A DNA stretch of 64,000 nucleotides from a virus (IMGVR_UViG_3300037453_000505), one strand, 5' to 3'. Shown: positions 31,199 to 42,196, numbered from the stretch's first letter. The notes: generated by a model not told the origin, from the sequence alone. Made by a program: numbers and translations.

Positions 31199-31404
31199 AT
31201 TTTTATTTCAGAATTTTCTGATAAAAGCTGAATTGTCTATCTTATCTTCTTCAAAGTTTTTTCTTCAATAGAACTCGCTCTTTTTTCATAAATTATATCC
31301 TGATACTGGGCGGATATATCACATTACACGAGTCCATATCTCGCATTTCGTTCTCTTTGAATTGTCTGTTGTCATTAATTAATGGTGGGGTAAGGGGTAA
31401 AAAA

Positions 31405-31746
31405 TTATTCCCCTTCAAAAGAAGGGCAATCTTTTCATATCATATATTTTCTAATTGAATTACAATGTACACATCTATCCCAAGGGGAATTCCCTAAGAA
31501 GACACAAGCTTTTGATGGGTTAACTGTTTGAATAAATCCCTCCACTTCGCTCTTCTTCTTTTTAGGAGAAGGCTGTTTTCTAGGGGTGTATTGCTCTTTA
31601 AGCTGATTAAACTCTTCTTCAGAGATTACCCCTGTTAGATATTCAAAAGCTGTATAGCTATCTATTTTTTCTGTAAGGGAATGTATCTCTTTAAGTTTCT
31701 CTCTCATTAGGTCTTTCGTTATTCCAAAATTAAGGAGGTCATTCAT
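31405..31746 (-). CDS. Hypothetical protein with a C-terminal C..C...C..C cluster.
   Basis: ORF-track 31435..31746 extends through a TGA: ...ACVFLGNSPWDRCVHCNSIRKYMIGKDCPSFEGE. It is followed by hairpins at 31395..31430. Confidence 0.35.
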
Positions 31747-31794
31747 AAAAGAAACCTGTTTATTGGTTGAGTTACATCAAGGACAACCTCAGCC

Positions 31795-32094
31795 TTTGCA
31801 AGAGCAACGGCAATTCTTATTACATAAGTTACAGTGCATTATTCTAATATTCATTCTAAAGCTTGTTGTTTCTTCGCTAGTTGATTTTGCCTAGCTCTAT
31901 TTTTCCTAATTACTGCTCTCTTTTCAGAGAATAAATTAGAATATTCTTTTCATTGGTCTGTTAATTGATATGTCCCAGGTTGAATGTTCCCATTCTTTAC
32001 CTGCTGATAATAAGCAATCCTTTTTGCATCAGCAAGGGAATATCCTCTTTGCTGGAGTTTCCATACTTGCCTACTGAAAATATTTCTAGCCATT
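31795..32094 (-). CDS. Small hypothetical protein.
   Basis: MARNIFSRQVWKLQQRGYSLADAKRIAYYQQVKNGNIQPGTYQLTDQGKEYSNLFSEKRAVIRKNRARQNQLAKKQQALEGILE. Confidence 0.3.
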
Positions 32095-32099
32095 TTAAT

Positions 32100-33300
32100 T
32101 ACTTTATTTAATTAAACCTCAAATTCATTTTCAAAGTTCAGCTCACCAAAATCAAACTGGATTAAGCATAGCATTAAATACATTAACCCAATTAACATCA
32201 GAACTATTTCAGCCTGCATTTCTACTTCAGTTACCTAATTTAGATGTATCTGGATTAGTATTATTTCATTCTGAAGTTCAATTGCTTTGTCACTTAATTA
32301 TTCAATCTGTAGTAGTTGTAGGGTTTCAGTCCTTATCAACTAATCAAATTGATTTAAGAATATCGTTTAATGTGGAATTACCTCATCCACTTCAACTAGA
32401 AGCAAATCTAAGTTTATTATAGCTATCTAAATCTTGTGCCGCAGAAAGAGCTACATTATTATATAGGTCATTAGCTCTTTTATATAGTTCAATTATGTAT
32501 TGGTTTGTTGTATCTCAATATTCTTTTCTTAATGTAGACATAAAGTTAATCAAATTAGAAGCTATCTGTTGTTTAGCATTAATCTGTTGTTCTTTAGCTT
32601 GAATATATCTAGCAAAACTTTCATTATATGCCTCATTTTGCTGAGCTCTAATAGAACCTAGACTAGCACCACTATGAACTCATTGTGCTGCAATATTAGC
32701 AGCTTGTCTACCAGCATCTGTAGCTAAATAATTTCATAGGTCATCATAATATTTATTTACCTCTTGAGTAAGTTCTCCTTCAGGTCAGAACATTCTATTA
32801 ACATAATCTCTTTGCCTAGAGATATCGCTTGAAAGTTCATTATATAATTTTCAAGCCGCACTCTGAAGTTTACCTTCATTTCAAGCTATATAATTCAAAA
32901 GGTTATCATATGCTCATAATGTTGTATTAGCATATTGAGAATATTTTCCTAAACTATTAGCTAGGTCTCAATAGGCTGTAGCCATAGCATTATCTCAAGC
33001 ATTAGCATAACCTTGTGCTTGAAGGGCATATGTTTCAGCAGGAGAAAATGTTCTAGTAGGTAAATCAGCTGAAGCAGGGATAGAACTTGGAGTTGCAGAA
33101 GTTGTAGGACTTCAATAGATATTGTCCTCCATTCTAATCTGTCCCGCTGTTTTAGTTCAATTTAATAAACTATTCACCTGACTTAAAATATGGTCGGGAG
33201 AATAAGTTTTTTCTGGCACATATTTAGTTTCCTCAATGACATTCCCATTAGGGTCTATATATCATCAGGTAACTACATATCTTCAATTGTTTATTGCCAT
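32100..33300 (-). CDS. Hypothetical structural protein (about 400 aa), Gly/Asn/Ser-rich.
   Basis: MAINNGRYVVTGGYIDPNGNVIEETKYVPEKTYSPDHILSQVNSLLNGTKTAGQIRMEDNIYGSPTTSATP...GFWGAELGKGIGGLIK. Its N-terminus is like the next gene's. Confidence 0.35.
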
Positions 33301-33317
33301 TATTAAAATATTATTTA

Positions 33318-33866
33318 ATTAAATTATTTATACATTTCATTAAAGTTTGCCTCATCTATAAGAGTATCAAGTTTGTCTGAAAATATACTTAAAAAAGGTT
33401 TCCTTCATTTCAATGGTTTATATTTGTTTTCTTCCGCATTATAATCTTTAAAATATTGACTAACATCCACTCTATTATGATAATTTATAGTAAACGGCAT
33501 CTCGACTTCTTCGTCTTCTCCTTTATTATTTTTTGTAGTATATTTTACAAATCACTGCTTTTTAAATAAACCATCATCATCTTTGTATTCTTCTATCTTT
33601 ACGTGAAATGTTTTATCTTCTCAATTCTCATTTGTTTTTATCTCATACCATCTATTATCTTCAGGAAGTGTTTTTGCTCAAGGGGCTATCCCTATAAATA
33701 AGTTAGGACTCTCTACTTGTATATGAGGTATTTTTTGTCATCTTGCGGCTCTACGTAAAGTTATTGTTGAATCTTTTTTTATTATAGGCCTTAATAAACG
33801 TTCTTTGCGAATTACAGGCTCATTCGCTACAGCTCAGGCAAAAACTCTTCAATTATTAGTCGCCAT
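33318..33866 (-). CDS. Hypothetical protein sharing the N-terminal motif MA(I/T)NNGR with the preceding gene.
   Basis: MATNNGRVFAGAVANEPVIRKERLLRPIIKKDSTITLRRAARGQKIPHIQVESPNLFIGIAPGAKTLPEDNRWYEIKTNENGEDKTFHVKIEEYKDDDG... Confidence 0.35.
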
Positions 33867-33985
33867 AAATTATTTATTATTTAGTTAAATTAATACGTCC
33901 TATATGAATTGTTGTTTCTATAAGCCCTCTGTCAAATAACATTATATCAATATTTATCTTGTAGCTCATTTAATCATTGAAGATA

Positions 33986-34534
33986 GCTATCTCATCTTAG
34001 TTTTCTAACATTCTGAATTTCATAAGGAACTTCTGGTGCAGCAGTTATACTTCAAGACAATCCTAGATTATTATTTATCATACTTGGATTAGGCTGGTAA
34101 TTGCTAGTAGGGATATATGAACTATTCTTATTGTTTAGATTTTGAAAATATTGATATGTTCTAGAATTTTTTAAATTTTCAGGAACTGTAGTCGTAGCAG
34201 GTAAAACTTCTTCATAGTTGTTCGGATATTGTCTTCTTCTAACCGTAGAAGTTTGTGTTGGCTGTGTCACTGTAACTTCATTTAAACTATTCACAGCATT
34301 CTGTGCTTGTTGAACTCTATCTTCAGCTCAGTACATAGCTAATTTAATAGCTTGAAAGTTGTCCATAACATCTCTCATATATCCACTAGCAGCAGCTTGT
34401 TTCTCTGGAGAAGCATTTGCATAAGCCTGCAATACATTTCTATATGTATTATATTGATTAGCTAATGATGCATAGTTATCATTAGCTATTTGCAATTCTG
34501 CATTAGCTGCATTAATTTGTTCTTGAGTTGGCAT
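33986..34534 (-). CDS. Hypothetical protein (coiled-coil N-terminus, Q/N/T-rich C-terminus).
   Basis: ORF-track fragments 34328..34534 and 34052..34294 are joined by TGA=Gly and extend to about 33986. Confidence 0.4.
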
Positions 34535-34694
34535 TACTATTTATTTAATTCATCTAAAGAAAGGATTTCTACTTTTTCTTCTTCTTTCTTCTTTTTTGAG
34601 TTTTTCTTTTTCTTAACTCACATTAGTTTCTTGAGGTAGTCGAAGTAATCTTCTTTCCCTGGCTTATATGTAAATTTCATTATTGTTTATTTAA

Positions 34695-35186
34695 GGGGTA
34701 AATTAGTCTGCATTAATGCTATCTAAGTAACTAGCTATAGCAATAGCATTGATTAAACTACCACTATCTAATCCTAGATATTTACAATCAATAGCTCCCA
34801 TAGCAGATACATATAATATGAATGCAGAATCTGTATTAGCTAATTCATCATCACAAGTTCCAGTCTCATCTACAGTTAATCCTTCATCAGTAACATATTT
34901 TTCAAAAGTATTACCTGCTTTAACTGCATTATAAAAAGGACGCAATTCTTCTCCAGCTCATTCTATAATCGTATTAGCATTAGCTTGTACTGTATCTGGG
35001 TCTGTTACATTTTGCATAAGTTCTGAAGTCGCAAATCGATTTTCTGCATAGCTTCTCATATCTCAAATTGTAGCATCTCAGCATCCACAATTCTCATTAG
35101 CATAACGCCAACAACTGAGAGTACGACATTGACAAGGCCCACAAGCCAACATTTCTTTCTTTCTATTACGAAGGAATTGTTTTAAT
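34695..35186 (-). CDS. Hypothetical protein with a Cys-rich N-terminus.
   Basis: MRQLKQFLRNRKKEMLACGPCQCRTLSCWRYANENCGCGDATIGDMRSYAENRFATSELMQN... includes ORF-track 34703..34945. Confidence 0.35.
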
Positions 35187-35375
35187 TGTCTCATTTACAA
35201 TTAATTTAATTATTAAAAATTAAACTCCTAGCTATCGGGGGAATAACTAGGAGCATAGAGAAATTACTTTCTCTATATTTAGATTATATATTTAAAGGTT
35301 TTTGCTATAACTTTTTCTAATTATATAAAAAGCCTCTCTATTAAAGAGAGACTTTTGAGGTTACGACATTTACTA

Positions 35376-35897
35376 ATACTATCCGTTACTTGCAGTTGTT
35401 GCAGGTGGATAAATAGATGTGTAAGGAGAACTAACTATCCAGCTTGGAGTTGGATATGGAGCAAGTCTATTAACTAAGTCAATAGTTTGCTGTGCGTTAT
35501 TAGCTTCTAACTTAGCTTCAGCTAAATCAGTTCTTAATTGAGTGATTGTGTTTGCACACATCATATCAAGAATCTTTTGAGTGTTAGCTGTATCGTTAGC
35601 TATAATAGCAGCAGTATTTTGCTGTCATTGGAGAATAGCTTTTTCGATGTTGCTATTTACTCAACAGAAACCTTGAGTAATTAAGGTTGTCTGATTAGCA
35701 AGAGCTTGTTGGCTTGCTAATTGGTTCTGCCACATTGTGTTATTTTCAATTAATAACTCGGCAGCGCTAGGTCCTTTGTCTTGACTTGCAGCCCCTGCCA
35801 TAAAAGCAGCAGCATTATTATTACCTCCAAACGCGAACCCATTGTTACCCCCCAATAGGAACAAGAATAGAAGTAAAATAATTAGCCAAGTTCACAT
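35376..35897 (-). CDS. Membrane protein: N-terminal hydrophobic helix, Gly/Asn-rich linker, coiled-coil C-terminus.
   Basis: MGTWLIILLLFLFLLGGNNGFAFGGNNNAAAFMAGAASQDKGPSAAELLIENNTMWQNQLASQQALANQTTLITQGFCGVNSNIEKAILQGQQ...; ORF-track 35661..35864 and 35379..35564 are joined by TGA. Confidence 0.4.
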
Positions 35898-35904
35898 TCC
35901 TGGT

Positions 35905-36270
35905 GTCGCAATTGATGTAGTACCATCCATCGGCTTTTACAATTATGGAATAAAAGATAACTGGTGTATCGTTGTTATGCTAGCCACCATATCTTCTTAC
36001 TTCACATTGTCGATAATTTGTACAACTTCGTTCTGTCTATCAGCTCATAACATAGAAGAGAATCATTTAATCTTATTAGCTACATCTTTATTATTAGCTA
36101 ATAGTCAAGGCATAATCTCTTGTGCTAATTGATTTAAGCTGTTCAAATCAGAAAAGTTCACATTTTGGAGCTTTTCTTGTGGTATTCATAACTGTAATAA
36201 CTTATCCTTTATCCCAGAGAAGTTTCACATTCCCATCAACATTTGTAATAGATTATTCATCTCGAGGCTA
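35905..36270 (-). CDS. Hypothetical protein.
   Basis: MNNLLQMLMGMGNFSGIKDKLLQLGIPQEKLQNVNFSDLNSLNQLAQEIMPGLLANNKDVANKIKGFSSMLGADRQNEVVQIIDNVK. Confidence 0.3.
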
Positions 36271-36500
36271 TTACAAATTAAATGATGTGATACTCTTCTT
36301 TGAGCTCGTGGATTTCTTTGTGGTAGTGTTTATCTACCTCATTCTTTTTACCCATATATTCTCCTAGAGACTTAATCTCATCAAAAACATAGGTTAAAAT
36401 TTTTCTCATCTCTTGCGGATGTTGTGTAACCGTGTTGATTACGTTTTCATAGAGAATTTCTTCTCAATTGAAAAACATTTCTCTCTTTAATTCCATCGTC
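36250..36500 (-). CDS. Small hypothetical protein.
   Basis: MELKREMFFNGEEILYENVINTVTQHPQEMRKILTYVFDEIKSLGEYMGKKNEVDKHYHKEIHELKEEYHII. Confidence 0.3.
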
Positions 36501-36617
36501 AATTTGGATTAAAATATAAAAGCAACCATAATATATAAATATCATCACAATAATTTACTTATAGTTATGAAATTGTTCTATACTATGGTTGCCTTATATT
36601 ATCCAAATCTTTTTGTT

Positions 36618-36860
36618 AACTATTTGTTAGTTATATGTTAAGAGAATTTCTCAATTCTCTAATATATGATTTGATTGTTTGATTACCCTATCTAATCGTT
36701 CTTTGGTAATCTTTCTCTCTTGTAATGTTTTAATTAACCTTTTCTTGTTTACAGACACTTTAGCTGCATAATAATTTCTTTCATCTTTACATCTCTCACA
36801 GATGGTTGTTCAGGGTCTTATAATGTCTCCACAAACCCTACATTGATTTTTAGTTTGCAT
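36618..36860 (-). CDS. Small zinc-ribbon protein.
   Basis: MQTKNQCRVCGDIIRPGTTICERCKDERNYYAAKVSVNKKRLIKTLQERKITKERLDRVIKQSNHILENGEILLTYN: CxxC...CxxC. Confidence 0.35.
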
Positions 36861-36949
36861 TGCGCCGATTTTAATAATAAAAAACAGCGCTGTAAAGTTT
36901 TTCTGCCGGTTTCAAATCAAATTTCAAGAGATTTTACTATTTTATAGTG

Positions 36950-37618
36950 GCTCAGCAGGTATACTACCTCAGCTACCTCATCAACTACTATTAGGATTAT
37001 AGCTTCAATAATATTCTGCTGCAAAGTCATATCATCATCATTGAGAATATCACATAGTTTGCACAGTTGCTTTAAATTCGGTTCAAGTAGTTATGTAATA
37101 TACACAATCTGCAGCAAGTGATTGATAGATTTCAACTTTTCAACCGCTTGTACCTGATACATAAGTTCATCCAGATAGACTATGATAACATCCAGAACCT
37201 CACGAACTTCCGTTACTTCGGAATGTTCAAGTTATATGATAATATCAGGTGTATGGAGCAGTAAATAATGTATATGAAGAAGTTACATATGCTGCGGTTT
37301 GAGAATAACTTGTGGCTGTCATAGTAACAGGTATTACCTGAACAACATCACAAGTTGTGCTTGCACTTCACCGTCTAGCAGCACAAGTAATAGTACAGCT
37401 CCCAGGAGTGACACAAGTGACTAATCCTGTTTGACTTACTGTGGCTATACTTGTATCACTACTTGACCATATAAGCGTTTTATCCTGAGCGTCACTAGGA
37501 GATATTGTAGCTGTTAGTTGCTGTGTATCTCAAGCATCACGAAAGATAATCGCTTCATAGTCTAATACAATTGAAGAAATAGGCTTAATGTAGTAGTGAA
37601 AACTTAATACATTTCTCA
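36950..37618 (-). CDS. Bacterial Ig-like (Big_2) domain protein with a Gly-rich C-terminus; a structural or decoration protein.
   Basis: ...QQLTATISPSDAQDKTLIWSSSDTSIATVSQTGLVTCVTPGSCTITCAARRGSASTTCDVVQV... matches the Big_2 consensus (tatv-P ... vtWsSsd-siAtV ... G-v-a ... G-a-itat ... v-V). Confidence 0.55.
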
Positions 37619-37790
37619 TAATGGAATAATAATTATTATAAAATTACTTTACTGCAACATCTGAAACTATGGTTCAATTACTTCATCAACTTGAACTACT
37701 ACTAGAACTTGACGTAGACCTTCTTCAAGGGATATATTTTATTCAAGTTACTCATCACCATAGATTTCAGTTATTTGAGCTTTCTCGGCC

Positions 37791-39239
37791 TCTATTGGTT
37801 CTGATAAATGTATCAGATGAATAATAATTTCAAGGTCAATAATTACTTGCATCTACTTGTGTTGTACTTTGATTTGCTATTGTTCAAGTTCGTGGAAATC
37901 AATAGTTATTTCATCGTTGATAATACTTACCACAATTAGCCTCACTTAATGTATCTCCACTATTCCATACTGTAGTAGCTCACAAGTTTTTATCTGCTAT
38001 TGTTACCCAAGTTTGTCAGTCGCTACTTAAACTTATAAGTCAGTCTGTGCTACTCCAAAATATTCATCAGCTTTCTATACTTGTTCAATATAGTTTAGTC
38101 CAAGATGATGTAGGCACAGTTGGGGAATTCTTGAAACAACGGACAGAGAAAACGTAAGAACGGTAGTCGCTATTCTGGGGATTAAGAGCAGTCGAACTGA
38201 AGTATAGGTAGTAGGAGCGATTTGCATCGCTACGAGAAGAAGACCAATAGTACCCGCGGGTACCCTGACCGTCGATATTAGTAGTCAAGGGGTAACGTCT
38301 ACCAGCGAAAGGCAACTTCAACGCTATTCCAAAGTTAGTTCAATCAGAACTTCATCCACCTAAAGCTGTCCATATATCATATACAGCTTGCCACTCTGTA
38401 TTAAGTGGTACGTGAAACCCACTTGGACAAGGTCCCCTCATAGCAGAATAGTCCTTATAAGCGTGGAAAGTTCAAATCGCTCAATGAAGCTTCATATCAG
38501 GAGTTCCCCAAGTTCATTGGGTTACTCATCACCAAAGGTTATCATTTTGAACGGTACTCCAATCATAACTTCAAGTTCCTCTGAATGTATCACCCTCATA
38601 ATAATTTCAAGGTCAATAATTTGAAGCATCTACTCTAAAAGAAGTAGCAGGGATATTTCAACTATGTGCAAATCACAAATTATTACCTCGTTGATAAAAA
38701 TTACCACAGTTAGCATCTGTTAATGTATCTCATTGGTTATATACAGTTGTAGCTCATAGGTTTTTATCTTGTATCGTTATGGGATTTGTTCATACAGTTC
38801 AAGGAGAAATTGTTATAAGTCATAAAGCCTGATTTCGCCAAATTCACGTTTGTCAAATTCAAGGATTATATATTCTAGTCCAACTACTATCTGGTATTAC
38901 AGGCGCATCCTTGAAACAACGGATGGTAAACCCTGTAGAACGGTAGTTGCTCCACAGAGGGTCGATGCTAGACGAATTGAAGCCTAAACTATAGGCATAA
39001 TTAGCATTGTTCGGAGTAGAAGACCAGTAACCACCACGAGACCCCGCGCTGCTAACATTGCCGTCACTGTAGCTACGATATCCAGCCATAGGCATCTTTA
39101 AGTAAGTCCCCATAGTTGTGGCGTTCTGTGCCATTGAAAATGTAGAAGTAAGTATCCCACACAAAGCTGACCATTCACTCTGAAGTGGCACGTGAAACCC
39201 ATCTGGAGCTGGACCTTGTGTATCAAAATGTATTGCCAT
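37791..39239 (-). CDS. FISUMP (Fibrobacter succinogenes major paralogous domain, lectin-like) repeat protein of about 483 aa.
   Basis: ORF-track fragments 38859..39239 and 38085..38321 are joined by TGA=Gly into one frame, with a checked length of 1449 nt. It contains ...PAPDGFHVPLQSEW...GGYWSSTP...GFTIRCFKD, then ...ITIQDKNLGATTVYNQGDTLTDANCGNFYQRGNNLGF...CPSGFHVPLNTEW...GYYWSSS...SVRCFKN, then ...VTIADKNLGATTVWNSGD...CGKYYQRGNNYGFP... These are the FISUMP hallmarks IGNQxWMAENL, YGxLYNW, CPxGWHxPSxxEW, GYYWSST and GFSVRC. Confidence 0.65.
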
Positions 39240-39264
39240 AATTATTTACTTAAGAAATAAATTA

Positions 39265-39900
39265 ATTTCATTGAAGATAGATAATCACCTCATAGAAGTT
39301 ACTAGCCTGTCAAGTCCACCATCTTCAAGCACGAACTCACATATAATATAAGTCTGCATTAACAGAATTCGGAGTAAAACTTGTAGTCCAACTTTGTCAA
39401 GTACCTGTAATTATAGAGAAATTCCAAGTTCATTCTTCTAAAGTTCAAGTTATTGTTACTCTAGTTGTAGAATTATTTTTATTTTCCTTAAATTTTTGAG
39501 TTCAAGTACCACTAACTATCTCTCAAATATAAATCAGTCACGTACTACTTCAGCCATATTCTGTACTACTAGCCGAAAACTCTATTCAATTATTAAAAGA
39601 TTTTATATTACCTCAGCTAATAACCCCATCAGAAGATAGAAAAAAATTCCAACCATCATAAGAGTTACCAGTACAAGCAGCTATAACTTCAAATCAAACT
39701 ATTTTTTTATCGAACTGTTTATAATGTAATCAAAACGTATCTGTAGCATTTACATATCATTGCCAATAAGTAGTAGCATTATTAATACATTGTGTACCGT
39801 TTAATGATAATTCACTATATCTATTTGTACTACCTCAATCTGAAAGCATAACATATTCTTCTGTAGGTATAATGTTCTCTCCTATATAAATATTCTGAAC
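39265..39900 (-). CDS. Hypothetical tail-associated protein.
   Basis: MVYTIKDVQNIYIGENIIPTEEYVMLSDGGSTNRYSELSLNGTQCINNATTYWQGYVNATDTFGLHYKQFDKKIVGFEVIAACTGNSYDGWNFFLSSDGVISGGNIK... (about 212 aa). Confidence 0.35.
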
Positions 39901-39939
39901 ATCTTTAATTGTATAAACCATTTATAATTATAGAATTAT

Positions 39940-40991
39940 CTAAATAGATATGGATTTCGCCAAGGTAAATCCGTAAACGTTTTATTTGTTTTTAAAATTA
40001 CTCAACTTCATCATCAAGAAGTAAGTGGATAAATATATCATTTCTCATCTATAAATCAAACATCTCAATGAATGCTTGTATCATAAGGAGTAGCCTCTTG
40101 AGTAAGTAAAGTCATATTTCAAGATGTATCTATGTAATAATTATTACTTCCATATCAGCTTCAAGTTCCATTATTTGAATTCATTCATCAAGAAACAAAG
40201 TTTCATAGAAAATGAACATACCTATCTCAATATGCAGACCAAGAAGTTGAATTTGAATTTCCTACAAATCATTCATCTCAAGTTCATATCTTCTGAAAAC
40301 GTCACCATCAGTTATATCTAAATGCTCATCTATATAGTTTTCAATCAGGGCCAGCAAAACTATCATTACTACGTCTTGAGTTACTTCATCAAGTAAAATT
40401 AGTTATAGCATTAGTAGATGGATTTACATAAGCAGAATATCAACTTCAAGAAGTATCATTTCCGTTAGTTAAATAAGCACCTAAATGTCAATAATACATA
40501 TATCAACTACCTTGGTCTGTTCAAGATGTTCAGATTTTTGTAAAGGTTATATTGTCTCAATCGACAATACCTTTATAAATATCATATCAACTATTAGCCC
40601 ATACTACTCAAGGTTCTCAAGGTACTACAGATGTATAAGAGAAAGAAGATATTACATTTCATTGAAAGTCTAATATTCCTTTAGGAGTTAATATTCTATT
40701 ATCTCAGAAATATCGAATTCTAAGCCAGTTGTTAGGCATAGTTACAGATAATGTTTTAGATGTACTTGTGAGGTTGTCTAGATTTATGGTTCTCATAGTA
40801 TTAGAATTTTGCTGAAAATCTAATGCTGTTCTATTTCAAATATAAACCCCAGAATAAAATCTAAATCTACTTCAGCTATCTACAAAGTTTATGCTTCAAA
40901 TATCTGTAACTAGGTCCTGGTATTCCTGAAAGTTAGCTTCTGAATAATAATAATTTGGTTCAGGAATGTCTATATAAAGATGTATTGCCAT
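39940..40991 (-). CDS. Hypothetical Gly-rich tail-associated protein (about 350 aa).
   Basis: MAIHLYIDIPEPNYYYSEANFQEYQDLVTDIGSINFVDSGSRFRFYSGVYIGNRTALDFQQNSNTMRTINLDNLTSTSKTLSVTMPNNWLRIRYFGDNRILTPKGILDFQGN... Confidence 0.35.
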
Positions 40992-40998
40992 ATGATTA

Positions 40999-41695
40999 AT
41001 TATTTATATTAAAATCAATATTTTTTCTTTGTTTTATTAAAATATTCTAATGTTTCTTGGGCTGTTCGCTTCTTATTTTCTACTATTACATTATTTATCC
41101 ATCAATTTACTATTCAGCTTCAACCAGGCCTTCATCATATATATAAATCAGAGCTTCACGTAGTTAAACTAACTGACTTACTTCAAATTAAACTTCAATT
41201 AAGATATATCTCTACAGTGCTTCAATCGTAAGTTGCTACCATATTATATCGGTTTCAAGTAGAAAGAGTAGTAGAACTTTCTATGTCGGCTGAGGATGAA
41301 TATCAAGAAAAAGCATAGTAATATCCACCGTTATCTCATAGAGAATAAAAGCTATAATTACTTTCACTTCATCGACATACAGCAGTTCACCAATTACTAC
41401 CATCTATTGAATAATATTTAAATCGAAAACTCAATGTTCTTGGTCAGTTTCAAGTAATTACAGCACTAGATAACCCATATAACCTTCATCAATTAAGCCT
41501 CACACATTTTACCCCTCATTCTGTAACTAGGCTAACCGTTCAGGTAGTAGTTAAAGTGGCTCAACTTATTTTATCTTTGTAATCATCTGTTAACGGCAAA
41601 TATATTTTTGTGTTACTTCAAGGAAACCATCCTCAAGGATAAATCTCATTTTCAACTCAATTCACATATTTAAAGACATTCTTAATTTTAGGCAT
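40999..41695 (-). CDS. LamG / concanavalin-A-like lectin-fold protein; candidate receptor-binding module.
   Basis: MPKIKNVFKYVNGVENEIYPGGWFPGSNTKIYLPLTDDYKDKISGATLTTTGTVSLVTEGGVKCVRLNGGRLYGLSSAVITGNGPRTLSFRFKYYSIDGSNWGTAVCRGSESNYSFYSLGDNGGYYYAFSGYSSSADIESSTTLSTGNRYNMVATYDGSTVEIYLNGSLIGSKSVSLTTGSSDLYIGGRPGG... shows the LamG_3 pattern (SFRFK ... W ... ATYDG-T-x-IYLNG). Confidence 0.5.
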
Positions 41696-41710
41696 AGGGT
41701 TATTTATTTT

Positions 41711-42196
41711 TTAAGTTAAAACTGTTACTGTTTTTCAACTTGAACTTTCATAATAAGTTCAATCAACAGAGGTGTCCCAATAAGTTGTTCGACTATTTCA
41801 ATCTCAGCTACATTCTAATTTTACTCCTGTATAATATCTACTATCTCAATAATAATTCCAAAATGTTATGGTTTCTATTTTATAAATATCTCATAAATCA
41901 ACCTGTAACGTAGAAGCTCCACTAAATCATATATATGTCCCCGTTGGGGATTCACTACCATTTACCCATCTTGAAAGTGCTGTACTATCTTCCCTTGTTC
42001 AACTAATCGCTGTAACGGTTTTATTTAACGCTACATTGGTTCAGTTAACAAAACATTTTATTTGTACATAATGAGTAGAGGCATTTCTACTATTGCTTCA
42101 TAAAGATAGCCTAACATATCTATATCACTTATTTCAAGGATATATTTCTTTTTCTACCCCCCCCCCTCGAATTAATACCCTTTTGATTTTAGGCAT
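41711..42196 (-). CDS. Small discoidin (F5/8 type C)-like protein with an in-frame G10 homopolymer near its 5' end; candidate phase-variable receptor-binding module.
   Basis: MPKIKRVLIRGGGVEKEIYPGNKGYRYVRLSLGSNSRNASTHYVQIKCFVNGTNVALNKTVTAISGTREDSTALSRWVNGSESPTGTYIGFSGASTLQVDLGDIYKIETITFWNYYGDSRYYTGVKLECSGDGNSRTTYWDTSVDGTYYE... Codons 11 to 14 are GGG GGG GGG G, which is plus-strand C10 at 42157..42166. Confidence 0.5.
42157..42166 (-). repeat. Homopolymeric G10 (C10 on the + strand) tract inside the 5' coding region of the discoidin-like gene.
   Basis: Counted directly: tttctaCCCCCCCCCCtcga. It is the only long G/C homopolymer I noticed in this AT-rich window. Confidence 0.85.

Noticed and set aside
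36875-36890. Palindrome acagcgctgt downstream of the zinc-ribbon gene, as a possible restriction site or terminator.
   Set aside because: It is only 10 bp with no flanking U-run on the transcribed strand. That is too weak to call a terminator, and there is no evidence of a cognate restriction system.
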